DNA from: an uncultured Chloroflexia bacterium
Lineage (GTDB): Bacteria; Chloroflexota; Limnocylindria; Limnocylindrales; CSP1-4
Direction of reading: 5' to 3'
DNA length: 64,000 nt
Assembly (NCBI GenBank): GCA_963768655.1
Contig: CAVYIM010000003.1
Location: 224,001 to 288,000, forward strand
Under the pieces are notes generated by a model that saw only the letters and a list, made by a program, of their open reading frames with translations, was not told where the DNA came from and made no database searches. The stretch's first letter is position 1, and each line of letters starts with the position of its first letter. Below, in pieces: positions 41,659-51,011 of the stretch. The position numbers and the translations under genes were made by a program.

Positions 41659-42303
41659 TCACCGGATCGTGGGCTGCAGCAGGTTCCAGGGCAGGAAGTC
41701 CAGCGCGAAAACCAGGAGGACCGAGAGGGAGACGAGCAACGACAACAACTGCGGAACCTGCCAACCGATTGCGGGGAGGAGTATCTCGGCCATGCAGCTG
41801 GTAACCAGGCCGAATTGGGCCAACAGGCCGAGCTTATCGAGCAGGCGATGTCGGCGGGCCCAATCGCCGCGCCAATCACTGATGCGGACGCCGGTGCGTT
41901 CCATGGCGCTCACGAAGGATGCGGTCTGCCACGGCCAGAGCACCATCGAAGGCCCTTTCGGCCGTAGTTGCCAGCCTCGGCTGTGTTCGTGGACGAACTC
42001 CACCTGTGGCCCCAGAGTCATTACCAGGTATGGCTCGCTGCCCGGCTTGGAGAGCCAACCCCGACGTCGGAGATCGTGTCCCGCCACAGTCCACTCTGTG
42101 GTCGTTGCTGCGTTCAAGAGCGCGATCCCTATTGCGAAGAGCGGACCCAGGGCAGGTGCCCATCCGGGCAAACCGATAGCCTGGGCGAACGACAGACCGG
42201 CAAGGCAGCCGAATGCCGCGGCCAGGCCAACGCCAGCTGAGAAGCCTCGGGGCGTGCGCGCATCCAACCTGACCAGCGCCGTCGTGCTTGTTGAGTCGGC
42301 CAC
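41659..42303 (-). CDS. Hypothetical membrane protein (4 TM)
   Basis: GTG start after GGAGGGTGAGG; two pairs of TM helices. Confidence 0.6.
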   Translation of the reverse strand: MADSTSTTALVRLDARTPRGFSAGVGLAAAFGCLAGLSFAQAIGLPGWAPALGPLFAIGIALLNAATTTEWTVAGHDLRRRGWLSKPGSEPYLVMTLGPQVEFVHEHSRGWQLRPKGPSMVLWPWQTASFVSAMERTGVRISDWRGDWARRHRLLDKLGLLAQFGLVTSCMAEILLPAIGWQVPQLLSLLVSLSVLLVFALDFLPWNLLQPTIR

Positions 42304-42448
42304 CTCACCCTCCCGCTCGCCATCGTGCCGGCGTGTGGTGATGTGCTAGAGGTTAGCATCGGTTCCCGCGCCGGTTGAGTCCGCCCGGGACGCTGCCGAA
42401 GGCCTGGGTTCACTGGGCTTCGGCGTAGTACCCCAGCCCTAGTGAATC

Positions 42449-42470
42449 CGTTGGTGGGTGCACCCTCAAG
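42449..42470. repeat. 22-bp direct repeat, copy 2, abutting the duplicated tRNA 3' end
   Basis: Identical to 41573-41594. Confidence 0.9.
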
Positions 42471-42471
42471 G

Positions 42472-43209
42472 CCGCTTGGGGGTACCAAGCCCGCGCTCGG
42501 CGCATCGACCCTGGATCTGCCCCTTCCTGCCCGCGCGTCCTTCAGCGTGAGATCAGGGCTCCAAGCCCGGTGACGTTGCCGATCTCGACGCGCCGGGGCT
42601 CTCCGTGGGGACACGGGCACCCCAGGCAGGCTCTCCATCGCCCTGGCGTAGTACGCGAGCCCGCAGAACGAGCCCCTTGGGGCACCAGCCGCAGATATTC
42701 GACGCACTACACTCGCAACTCTCGGAGCCTGGAGGGAGGGAACGTCGATGGCCCGGCTCGTGTTCGTGGTCCTGATCGCGATCAGTCTCGCTGGGTGCGG
42801 CAGTAGTGGAGTGCCGACCCGCACTCCCTACCCGCTGCCGTCTGGAGCGCTTGCTGTCGCCCTGCCGACGCAGCCGCCCGCCACGACCCCTATTCCATCG
42901 GGCGGTTTTGCGTGTCCGCTCGTTGGCCCCGACCACGTCGCAGTCGTCTGGGACAGGGCGGCACACGCGATCTCGTTCACCTTCGATCTCTGGGGCGAGA
43001 ACGCACAGGCGACGACGATCCTCTGGCCGCGCGGCTTCTCCGCCCGCGAGTACAAAGGACGGCTTGAACTCGTGGCGCCTGACGGCTCGGTCGTCGCCCG
43101 TGATGGCGAGGCCGTCCCGAACGTGATCGGCGACGACCCAGCACACGTTTGCATGGTCGATGGCGTGCAGTACCAACCGGCGGGCTAAAGAGGGCAAGGC
43201 GCACTGCCG
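42472..43209 (+). repeat. Direct repeat copy 2 (attR-like tRNA 3' fragment plus lipoprotein gene)
   Basis: Starts ccgcttgggggtacca; differs from copy 1 by a 2-bp insertion, 3 coding substitutions and a change at the stop codon. Confidence 0.95.
42748..43188 (+). CDS. Small lipoprotein, copy 2
   Basis: Identical to 41042-41482 except L->Q near the C-terminus. Confidence 0.75.
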   Translation: MARLVFVVLIAISLAGCGSSGVPTRTPYPLPSGALAVALPTQPPATTPIPSGGFACPLVGPDHVAVVWDRAAHAISFTFDLWGENAQATTILWPRGFSAREYKGRLELVAPDGSVVARDGEAVPNVIGDDPAHVCMVDGVQYQPAG

Positions 43210-43289
43210 TGTGCTTGCCGAGCGCCAGGCGACCAGCCGCCAGGACGACCTCAAGGTTCGAGCAGCCAGAACCCTGAGTTCTTCGATGC

Positions 43290-43985
43290 CTAGCTGCGAC
43301 CCTCGGCAGTTGGGCCTTCCGATGCGTCCCTGCTGAGCCCAAAGAGCCCGCCGGCGACCAGAAGGAGCCAGATGATCAGGAGCAGGTAGCCAGCGCCAAA
43401 GAGAGCAGCAACGATGGCGAGTGGAGGAGTGAGCGGAGGAACAGAACCGGCGCAGACATCGCCAGTGGCCAGGAGAGCGCCTGCGACTACGCCCGCGTAC
43501 GCGAGCCTCCTGGAGAAGACGGCTCTTCTGAGCATGACGATCGAGATGATGAGCACCGCACCGAGCACGCCTGTGCGGCCCGCGGATCTGGTCGCCACGA
43601 ACAGCGCTATGCCTGTGAACGGGCTCGTCGCGGCCACGAACAGGACGACCAACCAGATGATCCTGTCGCGCCTCAGGGCAGCAAAGAGGCTGACGCACAC
43701 CAGCCCGGCGAGCACGAGGATCGCGAGGTCCAGGCCATTCACGAGGTGCAGTTGGCCGAGCTGATCTCCGCCGTATCCGGCAAGCAGCTTGAAGATGACG
43801 ACGAGCCAGTTGTTCTGGAGGGGCAGGGACCAGCCATTGGTCGTGCCAGGCGAAAGAGCCGTCCCGACCAGACCCAAGAGGCCGACGAGCAGCAGCGCTG
43901 TGACCACGAGGGCGGCCGCGCCGCCAATCCTGTAGAGCCACGTCAAGCGGGCATCCGCACCTTCGTTTCCAGAGGTCTGGGTCAT
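43290..43985 (-). CDS. Multi-pass membrane protein (DUF4386-like)
   Basis: LYRIGGAAAL, LQNNWLV, AVFSRRLAYAG; ~6 TM; RBS GAGGG. Confidence 0.6.
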   Translation of the reverse strand: MTQTSGNEGADARLTWLYRIGGAAALVVTALLLVGLLGLVGTALSPGTTNGWSLPLQNNWLVVIFKLLAGYGGDQLGQLHLVNGLDLAILVLAGLVCVSLFAALRRDRIIWLVVLFVAATSPFTGIALFVATRSAGRTGVLGAVLIISIVMLRRAVFSRRLAYAGVVAGALLATGDVCAGSVPPLTPPLAIVAALFGAGYLLLIIWLLLVAGGLFGLSRDASEGPTAEGRS

Positions 43986-44224
43986 GATCCCTCACGTCTG
44001 TCATTTCCCGACGTGCCACGGCAGTCTAGCTGGCGGGGCGGACCGGGCAGTCCTTGCGGCCCCCGGCGATTCGACTCTGGTCGTGTGCGGAAGGTTCGCG
44101 ATCCAGCGTGGCTCGACCGTTCAGGGCATCAACGACGCCTTGTTCGCACGATCGCGGCGTCGTGACGAGGGTGCGACGCAATCAACGCAAGTCCCCGCTT
44201 CTGCCAATTCAACGGGAGATCCGG

Positions 44225-44953
44225 CTAGAGAATGCATCCATAACAGCCGGCGGGTGAAGTGGCGACGATTGCGACCAGCGATCCGCCCTTGCTGTTGATG
44301 GCCTGCAGGACGATGGTCTGGACGTCGGGGCCGTATCCGGGAAGCGAGCCGAGCGAAAAGTCCCCTTCGCCGCCGTCTTCAGCGAGCACGAAGGAGAAGG
44401 AGCGGGCGGAGGCCGGAGCGGTGCCCAAGAGCAGCAGCGCCGCTTTCGGGATCATGTCGCCGTTCACCATGCACTTGGCGTTCGGATTGGCTGCGGTCGC
44501 ACTGTGGAGGCACCCGGTGACGGCATAGACCCGGATCGTGACGCCGCTCGGATTAACTTCATGCCAGACGACGCGCAGCCAAGCGCACCCCTCGTCCTGA
44601 TTCAGGGGAGTGCATGGTTCGCTGGGATAACTCAGCCCGACCCGCGTGGGTATGGCGGGCGCAGCTGGGCCGGCCGGAGCGATGGATGGCTGTGGGGCCG
44701 GCGCGTAGGTCACGTCCGGGACAGCCGACGGCGTCGTGGTGGGGCTTGCCTGCTCGGTCGGGCTCGGCAGCGCTGGGGTCGGTGATGCCGACGGACTAGG
44801 CGACGCAGGAAGCGGGGCCGTCGGACCGGGACTGGCAGGAGTCGCTCGGATCTCAGGGGTCGGTGTGGTCACCTGAGTGTTCGACCCGCACGCCGCCAGC
44901 ATGGACGCCACACACAGCGCCAGGACCAGTGGCACGCTCAGCCTTCGGTCCAT
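44225..44953 (-). CDS. Cys-rich lipoprotein
   Basis: Lipobox MLAAC, Pro/Thr/Ser linker, C-terminal GCYGCIL. Confidence 0.65.
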   Translation of the reverse strand: MDRRLSVPLVLALCVASMLAACGSNTQVTTPTPEIRATPASPGPTAPLPASPSPSASPTPALPSPTEQASPTTTPSAVPDVTYAPAPQPSIAPAGPAAPAIPTRVGLSYPSEPCTPLNQDEGCAWLRVVWHEVNPSGVTIRVYAVTGCLHSATAANPNAKCMVNGDMIPKAALLLLGTAPASARSFSFVLAEDGGEGDFSLGSLPGYGPDVQTIVLQAINSKGGSLVAIVATSPAGCYGCIL

Positions 44954-45172
44954 GTCCACCCTCCCTCTGGTTGCCCGGCGAGAAACTCGAGGTGGCTGCT
45001 CAACGGACGGGAGCCCAGGCCTTGATGTGATGTCGAGCCGTGGCTCGAGATGGGCCGCGGTTGCTGACCCTATCACCCGATCATGCGACGCAGACGGGCT
45101 CGCGCTACCTGCAGGCTCAGAGGCTGCCTACAGCGGTGACTACTCCTCTCGCCCCGAAAGCGCCCGGCGGTC

Positions 45173-46972
45173 CTACGCCTGGGCGATTACCCCGATCGAG
45201 ATCCGAAAACCGGCGCGGCGCTGCAGCGGAGGCATCAGGGTTCCTTGACCAACCAGCGCGTCGGCCGGGAACCAGCGCACCCATTCCTTGTTGAACGCGT
45301 CGAACTCTGCCGCGTCGCGCAACGACCAGCTTGCCCAGACCACTTTGTCCAGCGAGCTTCCCTCGGCCTCAAGCCTCGCTTTCAGGTTGCGTAGGCACTG
45401 GCTTGTTTGCTCCCTGATGCCTCCGGCGACAACCCGCCCAGTATCAGGATTGACGGGCCCCATCGACGACACATAGACCATGCCGCCAGCCTTCGTCGCC
45501 CGGCCGTAGCCGAAGGATGCATCAAGTAGCTGAACCCCCTCCCCTGCGGAGAATCTCGCTTTCCCGGGGCGGGCCCGGTCCGGTCGCATGGGATCCTCGG
45601 CAGGGATGCCGAATTCCCCGGGTGGCAGTTGGATCCCGCCTTCCTTGAACTTCTGCATGAAGGTCGGCCGGATCCCGGTTGGCTTGAGCAGCCCTTCGAT
45701 CTTTCCGTCGCGTACGCCGGTCTGCTCGAATGTGAATATGTCCTGGGTGAGGATCTCGTCGTCCTCGATCCCACAGATCTCTGTGATATTGACGACCTTG
45801 CGGGAGCCATCCTTGAGACGGGCTGTATGGACGATCAGGTCGACGGCCGAGGCGATCTGCTCGCGGATCGACCGCAGGGGCAGCTCATAGCCGGCCATGA
45901 GGACCATGGTCTCGATCCGCGCGAGCATGTCTCGCGGGGTGTTGGCATGGCCGGTCGACAGCGATCCGTCGTGGCCGCTGTTCATGGCCTGGAGCATGTC
46001 CAGGGCCTCGCCACCGCGGCACTCGCCGACGATGATTCGATCGGGGCGCATGTGCAGGGCGTTGCGCAACAAGTCGCGAATCGTGATCTGGCCTTCGCCC
46101 TCGAGATTCGCTGGCCGCGACTCGAGGGTCACCACGTGTTCCTGGCGAAGCTGAAGCTCGGCCGCGTCCTCGACAGTGACGATCCGCTCGTCATTGGGAA
46201 TGAACGACGACAGCACGTTCAGGAAGGTCGTCTTGCCCGAGCCGGTACCACCGGAGACGAAGATGTTGAGGCGAGCTTCCACGCAGGCGCCCAGGAAGTC
46301 GAACATCTCGGGCGTGGCCGTGCCGAAGCGGACGAGGTCGTCCACTGTGTAGGGTCTCGCGGAGAATTTCCGGACGGTGATCACCGGTCCGACGAGGGAC
46401 AGCGGCGCGATGATCGCGTTGACCCGCGAGCCATCGGGCAGGCGAGCGTCAACCCTCGGGCTCGACTCGTCGATGCGACGGCCTAGCGGGGCGATGATCC
46501 GGTCGATTATGTGCATGACGTGTTCGTCGTTTCGGAAGACGATGTCGGTCAGCTCGAGCTTGCCTCTGCGCTCGATGTAGACTTGACGCGGTCCGTTGAC
46601 CATGACTTCGGTGATGGTTTCGTCGCGGAGAAGCGGCTCGATCGGCCCGAAGCCCGTGATCTCTGAGAGCACGCTGTCGAGCAGACGCAGACGTTCGTCC
46701 CGTGCAACGGCGAACCCGTTTGCGTCGATGACCTGGTCGACGATCGCTTTGATCTTGCTGTGGACGTCAGCCTCACTGGCGGCGTCACGCAGCGAGTTGG
46801 AAGCGCTGATGACCTGGTCCAGAAGGTGAAGCCTGACGTTGCTCAGGTAATTCTCCCGACCTCCAGCCTGAACATACCTCGGGGCAACCGTAAGCGGGAC
46901 GCGTGCGACCGTACCGGCATTCTGTCTGTCGGCCCCCTGCTGCGCCTGCTCAATCCGCTGGAGGAGGCTCAT
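45173..46972 (-). CDS. cpaF: CpaF/TadA family pilus ATPase fused to a C-terminal Rid (YjgF/YER057c/UK114) domain
   Basis: [63 protein letters not shown]; C-terminal GMVYVS...[12 protein letters not shown]...GSSLDKVV. Confidence 0.9.
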   Translation of the reverse strand: MSLLQRIEQAQQGADRQNAGTVARVPLTVAPRYVQAGGRENYLSNVRLHLLDQVISASNSLRDAASEADVHSKIKAIVDQVIDANGFAVARDERLRLLDSVLSEITGFGPIEPLLRDETITEVMVNGPRQVYIERRGKLELTDIVFRNDEHVMHIIDRIIAPLGRRIDESSPRVDARLPDGSRVNAIIAPLSLVGPVITVRKFSARPYTVDDLVRFGTATPEMFDFLGACVEARLNIFVSGGTGSGKTTFLNVLSSFIPNDERIVTVEDAAELQLRQEHVVTLESRPANLEGEGQITIRDLLRNALHMRPDRIIVGECRGGEALDMLQAMNSGHDGSLSTGHANTPRDMLARIETMVLMAGYELPLRSIREQIASAVDLIVHTARLKDGSRKVVNITEICGIEDDEILTQDIFTFEQTGVRDGKIEGLLKPTGIRPTFMQKFKEGGIQLPPGEFGIPAEDPMRPDRARPGKARFSAGEGVQLLDASFGYGRATKAGGMVYVSSMGPVNPDTGRVVAGGIREQTSQCLRNLKARLEAEGSSLDKVVWASWSLRDAAEFDAFNKEWVRWFPADALVGQGTLMPPLQRRAGFRISIGVIAQA

Positions 46973-47078
46973 GGCCTCCGCCTCCCGTTCCTCTCCTCGG
47001 TCCGATCGCTTCGCGTACGACCACCGAGCGGCGCAGAATCCACCTCATGGAATCACAGCGTCCAGGGAACCGTAGGCG

Positions 47079-47092
47079 GCTTGGGAGTACCA
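47079..47092 (+). repeat. Degenerate copy of the tRNA-Glu 3' end (13/14 match)
   Basis: gcttgggagtacca vs gcttgggggtacca (40770-40783); intergenic, same orientation. Confidence 0.55.
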
Positions 47093-47467
47093 GTCCAATA
47101 CGACGCCTGACTTAGCCACACACACGGTGCTGGCCGGTCTGGTCAGGCGTGGCCGTGCGCTTCCGGCGGGAGCTGCCCGAGACATCGGCCAAGGCCGAGG
47201 GCGGCAGGGAGCGGCAGATGCTGTCAGCCCCCGTGTTCGACCGGATCGAGTCTTGGGCATGCGCCGGGCGACTGTCTACCCCAGCGCGCGGTCCGCGGTA
47301 GCCTCGCGGCGGCGCTGCCGTCTCAGTTCGATTCACCCGTGAGTGGCCGGTGCGAGAGAGGTCGGGCCTCGGGCCGACCAGCCGATGGCAGCAGGAGATT
47401 GACAGCCGAATGCCCCGATCCGACGGCTTGATCGTGCCGTGGGCCAGGCACGAGAAGCCAGGACCGG

Positions 47468-48040
47468 TCAGGTGGGACCGGCTGTTCCAATCGACGTCGA
47501 TTGATCACCCGCCAGCAACATCTGGGGGACCTCGTGGAACTCAAACCTGCCGCCCTGGCCCATGCTCTCGAAGACCCAGACGAGGTCGTACCGGTCATCG
47601 GCCCAGATCGGGGGCACTCTGGACGTATCCGCGGCGAACATGTTCGCAATCGAAGGGATCAGCTGGTGCTCCCAGGCGATCAGGGCTACCCCATCGATCG
47701 CTCGAACCGCACCAACGAGCTCGCCGACCTGTTCCTTCGGAAAGCGCGAGTCGACAACCAGGCCGAGTCGCTCACCGAGGGGCAGGAGGGTCTCGCGCGG
47801 TCGCTTACTGCTGCTGCCCCCGCCGATCTGGGAGGCAAACAGGTGAGTTGGGGTCGGGAGCTTAGGATCGCGGCCAGCTGACGGATCGGGCACGAGCAGC
47901 CCGACGAGCGCGCCGGCACGCTGCCAGCCGCGCGGCGTCAGGGATTCCGGGTCGGGCGCCCCGTCGACCGTGGCACCGTGGGGCGGACCAACCCCGAGGG
48001 GCTTCTCGGCATGCCTGATCAGCATCACGACGGACGGCAT
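47468..48040 (-). CDS. Histidine phosphatase superfamily protein
   Basis: LIRHAEKP, LTPRGWQRA, RPRETLLPL, IAWEH. Confidence 0.8.
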   Translation of the reverse strand: MPSVVMLIRHAEKPLGVGPPHGATVDGAPDPESLTPRGWQRAGALVGLLVPDPSAGRDPKLPTPTHLFASQIGGGSSSKRPRETLLPLGERLGLVVDSRFPKEQVGELVGAVRAIDGVALIAWEHQLIPSIANMFAADTSRVPPIWADDRYDLVWVFESMGQGGRFEFHEVPQMLLAGDQSTSIGTAGPT

Positions 48041-48207
48041 CGCCGACCTCCTTTCGAACGAGCTCACGACGGGCGGGCCGGTCGCCTATCGAGGCCGTCC
48101 GCGAGACAGTTCGGTCTGGGTGGGCTCTGTGTGTTCGCGTCCGGTGTCCTACCTGGCTGCGATCGTGGTCACGATCTTAGCCGCTACCTCCGCGCCCACG
48201 CTTGAGG

Positions 48208-49098
48208 TCAGAGGGAGTTCGCCGGCCGTTCGCCTTCAGGGTCCTTGCGGGTGACCGTGAGATAGCCGACCAGGATGACGATCACGACGGTCAGGACCAC
48301 GGCGATCTCTCCGGTTCCCAGGCCCAGACCGCTGAGATGCCGTGCCTTGCCCGCCCAGTCCGCGAATGAGGCGCCGAAGGGCCGCGTGAGGACGTACGAG
48401 ATCCAGAAGCCCAGGATGGCGTTGAGCCTGAACAGCCGGTAGGCCAGCCACGGCAGGGCGAACATGACGCCGAACATCACGCCCGACGTGAAGTAGCCGA
48501 GGCCCATGGTGCTCGCGGTCATGTCACCCGCGGCAGTTCCGAGGGCGAAGGCGGCCATAACCGTGGCCCAGTAGAACAGCTCGCGGCGTGGCGTGTAGAT
48601 GCTGTGGATCGAGAGGGTCCTCTCGGTCGCATACCAGGCCGCGAAGATGACAGCTAGAGCGAGCGCGAAGAACGTCGTCGACACCACGTATGGGATGCCG
48701 AGCCCGATGTGGAGGACATCGGCGGCCATCGTTCCGAAAACGGCGACCATGACGACGGCCAGCCAGTAGATCCATGGCACGTAGCGCCGGACGAGTAGCT
48801 GCAGCGCCATCGCGATCGCGAGTCCGATGGCCCCGAGGATGACCGCGATTGCCGGATCGATCTGGAAGACAAGGAAGTCCGAGGTCGCCTCGCCCATTGC
48901 GGTGGTCAGGACCTTGATCACCCAGAAGAGAAGCGTGATCTCCGGGACCTTGCTCATCGCCGGCGTTATGCGCGCCCAGAGGAGTGCCGCGCCGTTCCTG
49001 GTGCGCACGTACATAGCGTTCAGCAACGCCGGACGCCCCAACGCTGGCTCAGTGTCGCGAGGGAGCCCTGGCATGGGTCGAGTCATGGGTCCTTGCAC
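48208..49098 (-). CDS. COG4705/DUF347 family membrane protein (start uncertain, possibly 48957)
   Basis: SKVPEITLLFWVIKVLTTAMGE, ERTLSIHSI...RRELFYW, FALGTAAGD, TRPFGASFAD. Confidence 0.85.
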   Translation of the reverse strand: MQGPMTRPMPGLPRDTEPALGRPALLNAMYVRTRNGAALLWARITPAMSKVPEITLLFWVIKVLTTAMGEATSDFLVFQIDPAIAVILGAIGLAIAMALQLLVRRYVPWIYWLAVVMVAVFGTMAADVLHIGLGIPYVVSTTFFALALAVIFAAWYATERTLSIHSIYTPRRELFYWATVMAAFALGTAAGDMTASTMGLGYFTSGVMFGVMFALPWLAYRLFRLNAILGFWISYVLTRPFGASFADWAGKARHLSGLGLGTGEIAVVLTVVIVILVGYLTVTRKDPEGERPANSL

Positions 49099-49200
49099 TT
49101 CTGGGTGAGCCGGGGTCGCCGGCGGCGGGCCGTTGGCATTGACCCGATACTATCGCCAACGGCCGATGGCCGGGCTGATTCCTCTGCTAGATCGGCAGCC

Positions 49201-49974
49201 ATGTCCTCGATCGCTCTGGTCACGATCGTCTCGAGCTTCCTTGCGTCAGCCGTCGAGTTCGTGGAAGCGGTCACGATCGTTCTGGCCGTGGGAGTGACAC
49301 GGCAATGGCGCTCGGCCCTCATCGGTGTGGCTACCGCTCTCGTCGCCCTGACGCTTCTGGTGGCGATCTTCGGCACGGCCATCGTGCTGTTCGTCCCTAT
49401 AGACATGGTCCGTCTGGTCGTGGGAGGGTTCCTGCTCATCTACGGCCTGCAGTGGCTCACCAAGGCCGTACTCCGAGCCGCCGGTGCCCGCGCCAAGCAC
49501 GACGAGGCGGCCATCTACGAGCGGGAGATCGCGGAGCTGCGGGCCGAGCCACCCGTGCCGGCTACTGGCATGGACTGGATCAGCTTCACCGTGGCCGCCA
49601 AGGGAGTGCTCCTGGAGGGACTCGAGGTCGCCTTCATCGTAGTCACATTCGGCGCCTCGGCCGGCATGCTTGGCCCCGCGGCAGCGGGCGCAGCCGTTGC
49701 CGGGGCGCTCGTGCTCGGGGTCGCGTTTCTCGTCCACCGACCCTTGGAGGCCGTGCCGGAGAACGCGCTCAAGTTCGCCGTCGGGGTAATGCTGACCGGC
49801 TTTGGTACCTTCTGGGCGGGCGAAGGCGTTGGCATCGACTGGCCGGCTGGGGATGCGACGATCCTCGCTCTCCTGGCGAGCTACGCCGTCCTGGCTCTCG
49901 CCGGCGTCTACGTCGTGCAAGGACGCCTCGCCAACCGACGGCTCCGCGTGGCCGCCGCGAGGCCGGAGCACTGA
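49201..49974 (+). CDS. COG4280 family membrane protein
   Basis: FLASAVEFVEAVTIVLAVG, KGVLLEGLEV, VPENALKFAVG, FGTFWAGEG. Confidence 0.85.
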   Translation: MSSIALVTIVSSFLASAVEFVEAVTIVLAVGVTRQWRSALIGVATALVALTLLVAIFGTAIVLFVPIDMVRLVVGGFLLIYGLQWLTKAVLRAAGARAKHDEAAIYEREIAELRAEPPVPATGMDWISFTVAAKGVLLEGLEVAFIVVTFGASAGMLGPAAAGAAVAGALVLGVAFLVHRPLEAVPENALKFAVGVMLTGFGTFWAGEGVGIDWPAGDATILALLASYAVLALAGVYVVQGRLANRRLRVAAARPEH

Positions 49975-49975
49975 T

Positions 49976-50182
49976 ATGCGCTACGTTCGGTCCTTCTTCG
50001 CCTTCTGGTACGACTTCCTGGTTGGCGATCGTCCGGAACTGTTCGTGGGTCCGGTCTCCGCCTTGTTCCTGGCGTGGCTCGCAGTCCGAGCAGGCGTGTC
50101 GGCTCAGATGACCGGAGGCTTGCTCTTCGTTCTCGTCGCGACCGTCGGCGGCTTGAGCATCGCCTGGGCGATGCGGGAATAG
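49976..50182 (+). CDS. Small membrane protein coupled to the COG4280 gene
   Basis: FFAFWYDFLVGD motif plus two TM helices; starts 1 nt after the upstream stop. Confidence 0.75.
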   Translation: MRYVRSFFAFWYDFLVGDRPELFVGPVSALFLAWLAVRAGVSAQMTGGLLFVLVATVGGLSIAWAMRE

Positions 50183-51011
50183 CCTGGCGGCCGGGGCCGC
50201 GGTCGACGCCGTCACGATTACCACATCGTGGGTCGGGCTGCCGGCTGCGGGCGAATTGCGGGCAGAGGTCCTTGCGGACTCACCCGGCAACTCCGGTGGG
50301 CGCGGGCACAATCAGGTACGCGGCAGGCCGCCCTTCGCCAACCTCGTGGTCATGGGGCACCCGGGTCACGAGTCACCGGACGGCGGCAAGCAGTCGCCCT
50401 GGGTCCGGCTGTGCTTTCCGCCACGATTCCGTCTGGGCATTGAGGGCGCCGCTGCGCTATCCGGATGGCGCGTCCGCACCACGCCTGCCGGAATCAGTGT
50501 GTCTCTTGAGGAGCGGTACTCGCGTGCGACCGCGAGTCTCTTCAGCGCGGTGAAGCTTGCCGACGCGGACGGGCAGCATGTCGCTCGTGGCGAAGGCTCG
50601 AAGGTTGGATCGAATTCCAAGCTCATGGCCGAGTTCGAACGTCGGCAGAAGCGCTTGCCGAGCAAGTCCGACGCAATCGGCCCGCGATGTTCGCCTGCAC
50701 TGCCGGTGGCGCGGCCGGAGTCCTCGCGGCCCTGCTGTTGCGCGCTGACCGCGCAGGCGCCTGCGGTCGGCCGCCGTGGCTCCGGTCCCAACTGGTGCTG
50801 GTCTAGCTCGAACCCGGAATTGGTCAAAAACACCCGGCCGGCGCGATAGAAGGCCGCCAGTGGCTCCCCCACAATTAGCCGCGTTTCGACCGGCTGCGGC
50901 TCGGTCGCTTCGCTATCAGTCGCCAGCCGTTGCGTGCGAGGCAGTGGGAGGTCCGGGGTGATTGCACGTATTCCAATTCACGAGAGGACGTCAACAGGAA
51001 GAAGGTCCAAG

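Noticed and set aside
41573-42470. Classical integron cassette or pdif module
   Set aside because: No RYYYAAC/GTTRRRY attC ends, no 11-6-11 dif layout and no intI in the window
44031-44076. Minus-strand fragment resembling another tRNA 3' end (cccggtccgccccgcca)
   Set aside because: Short, GC-rich and with no matching tRNA in the window; chance cannot be excluded
50256-50872. ORFs in the gap between the COG4280 module and the GH53 gene
   Set aside because: No recognisable domain or RBS; probably decayed sequence
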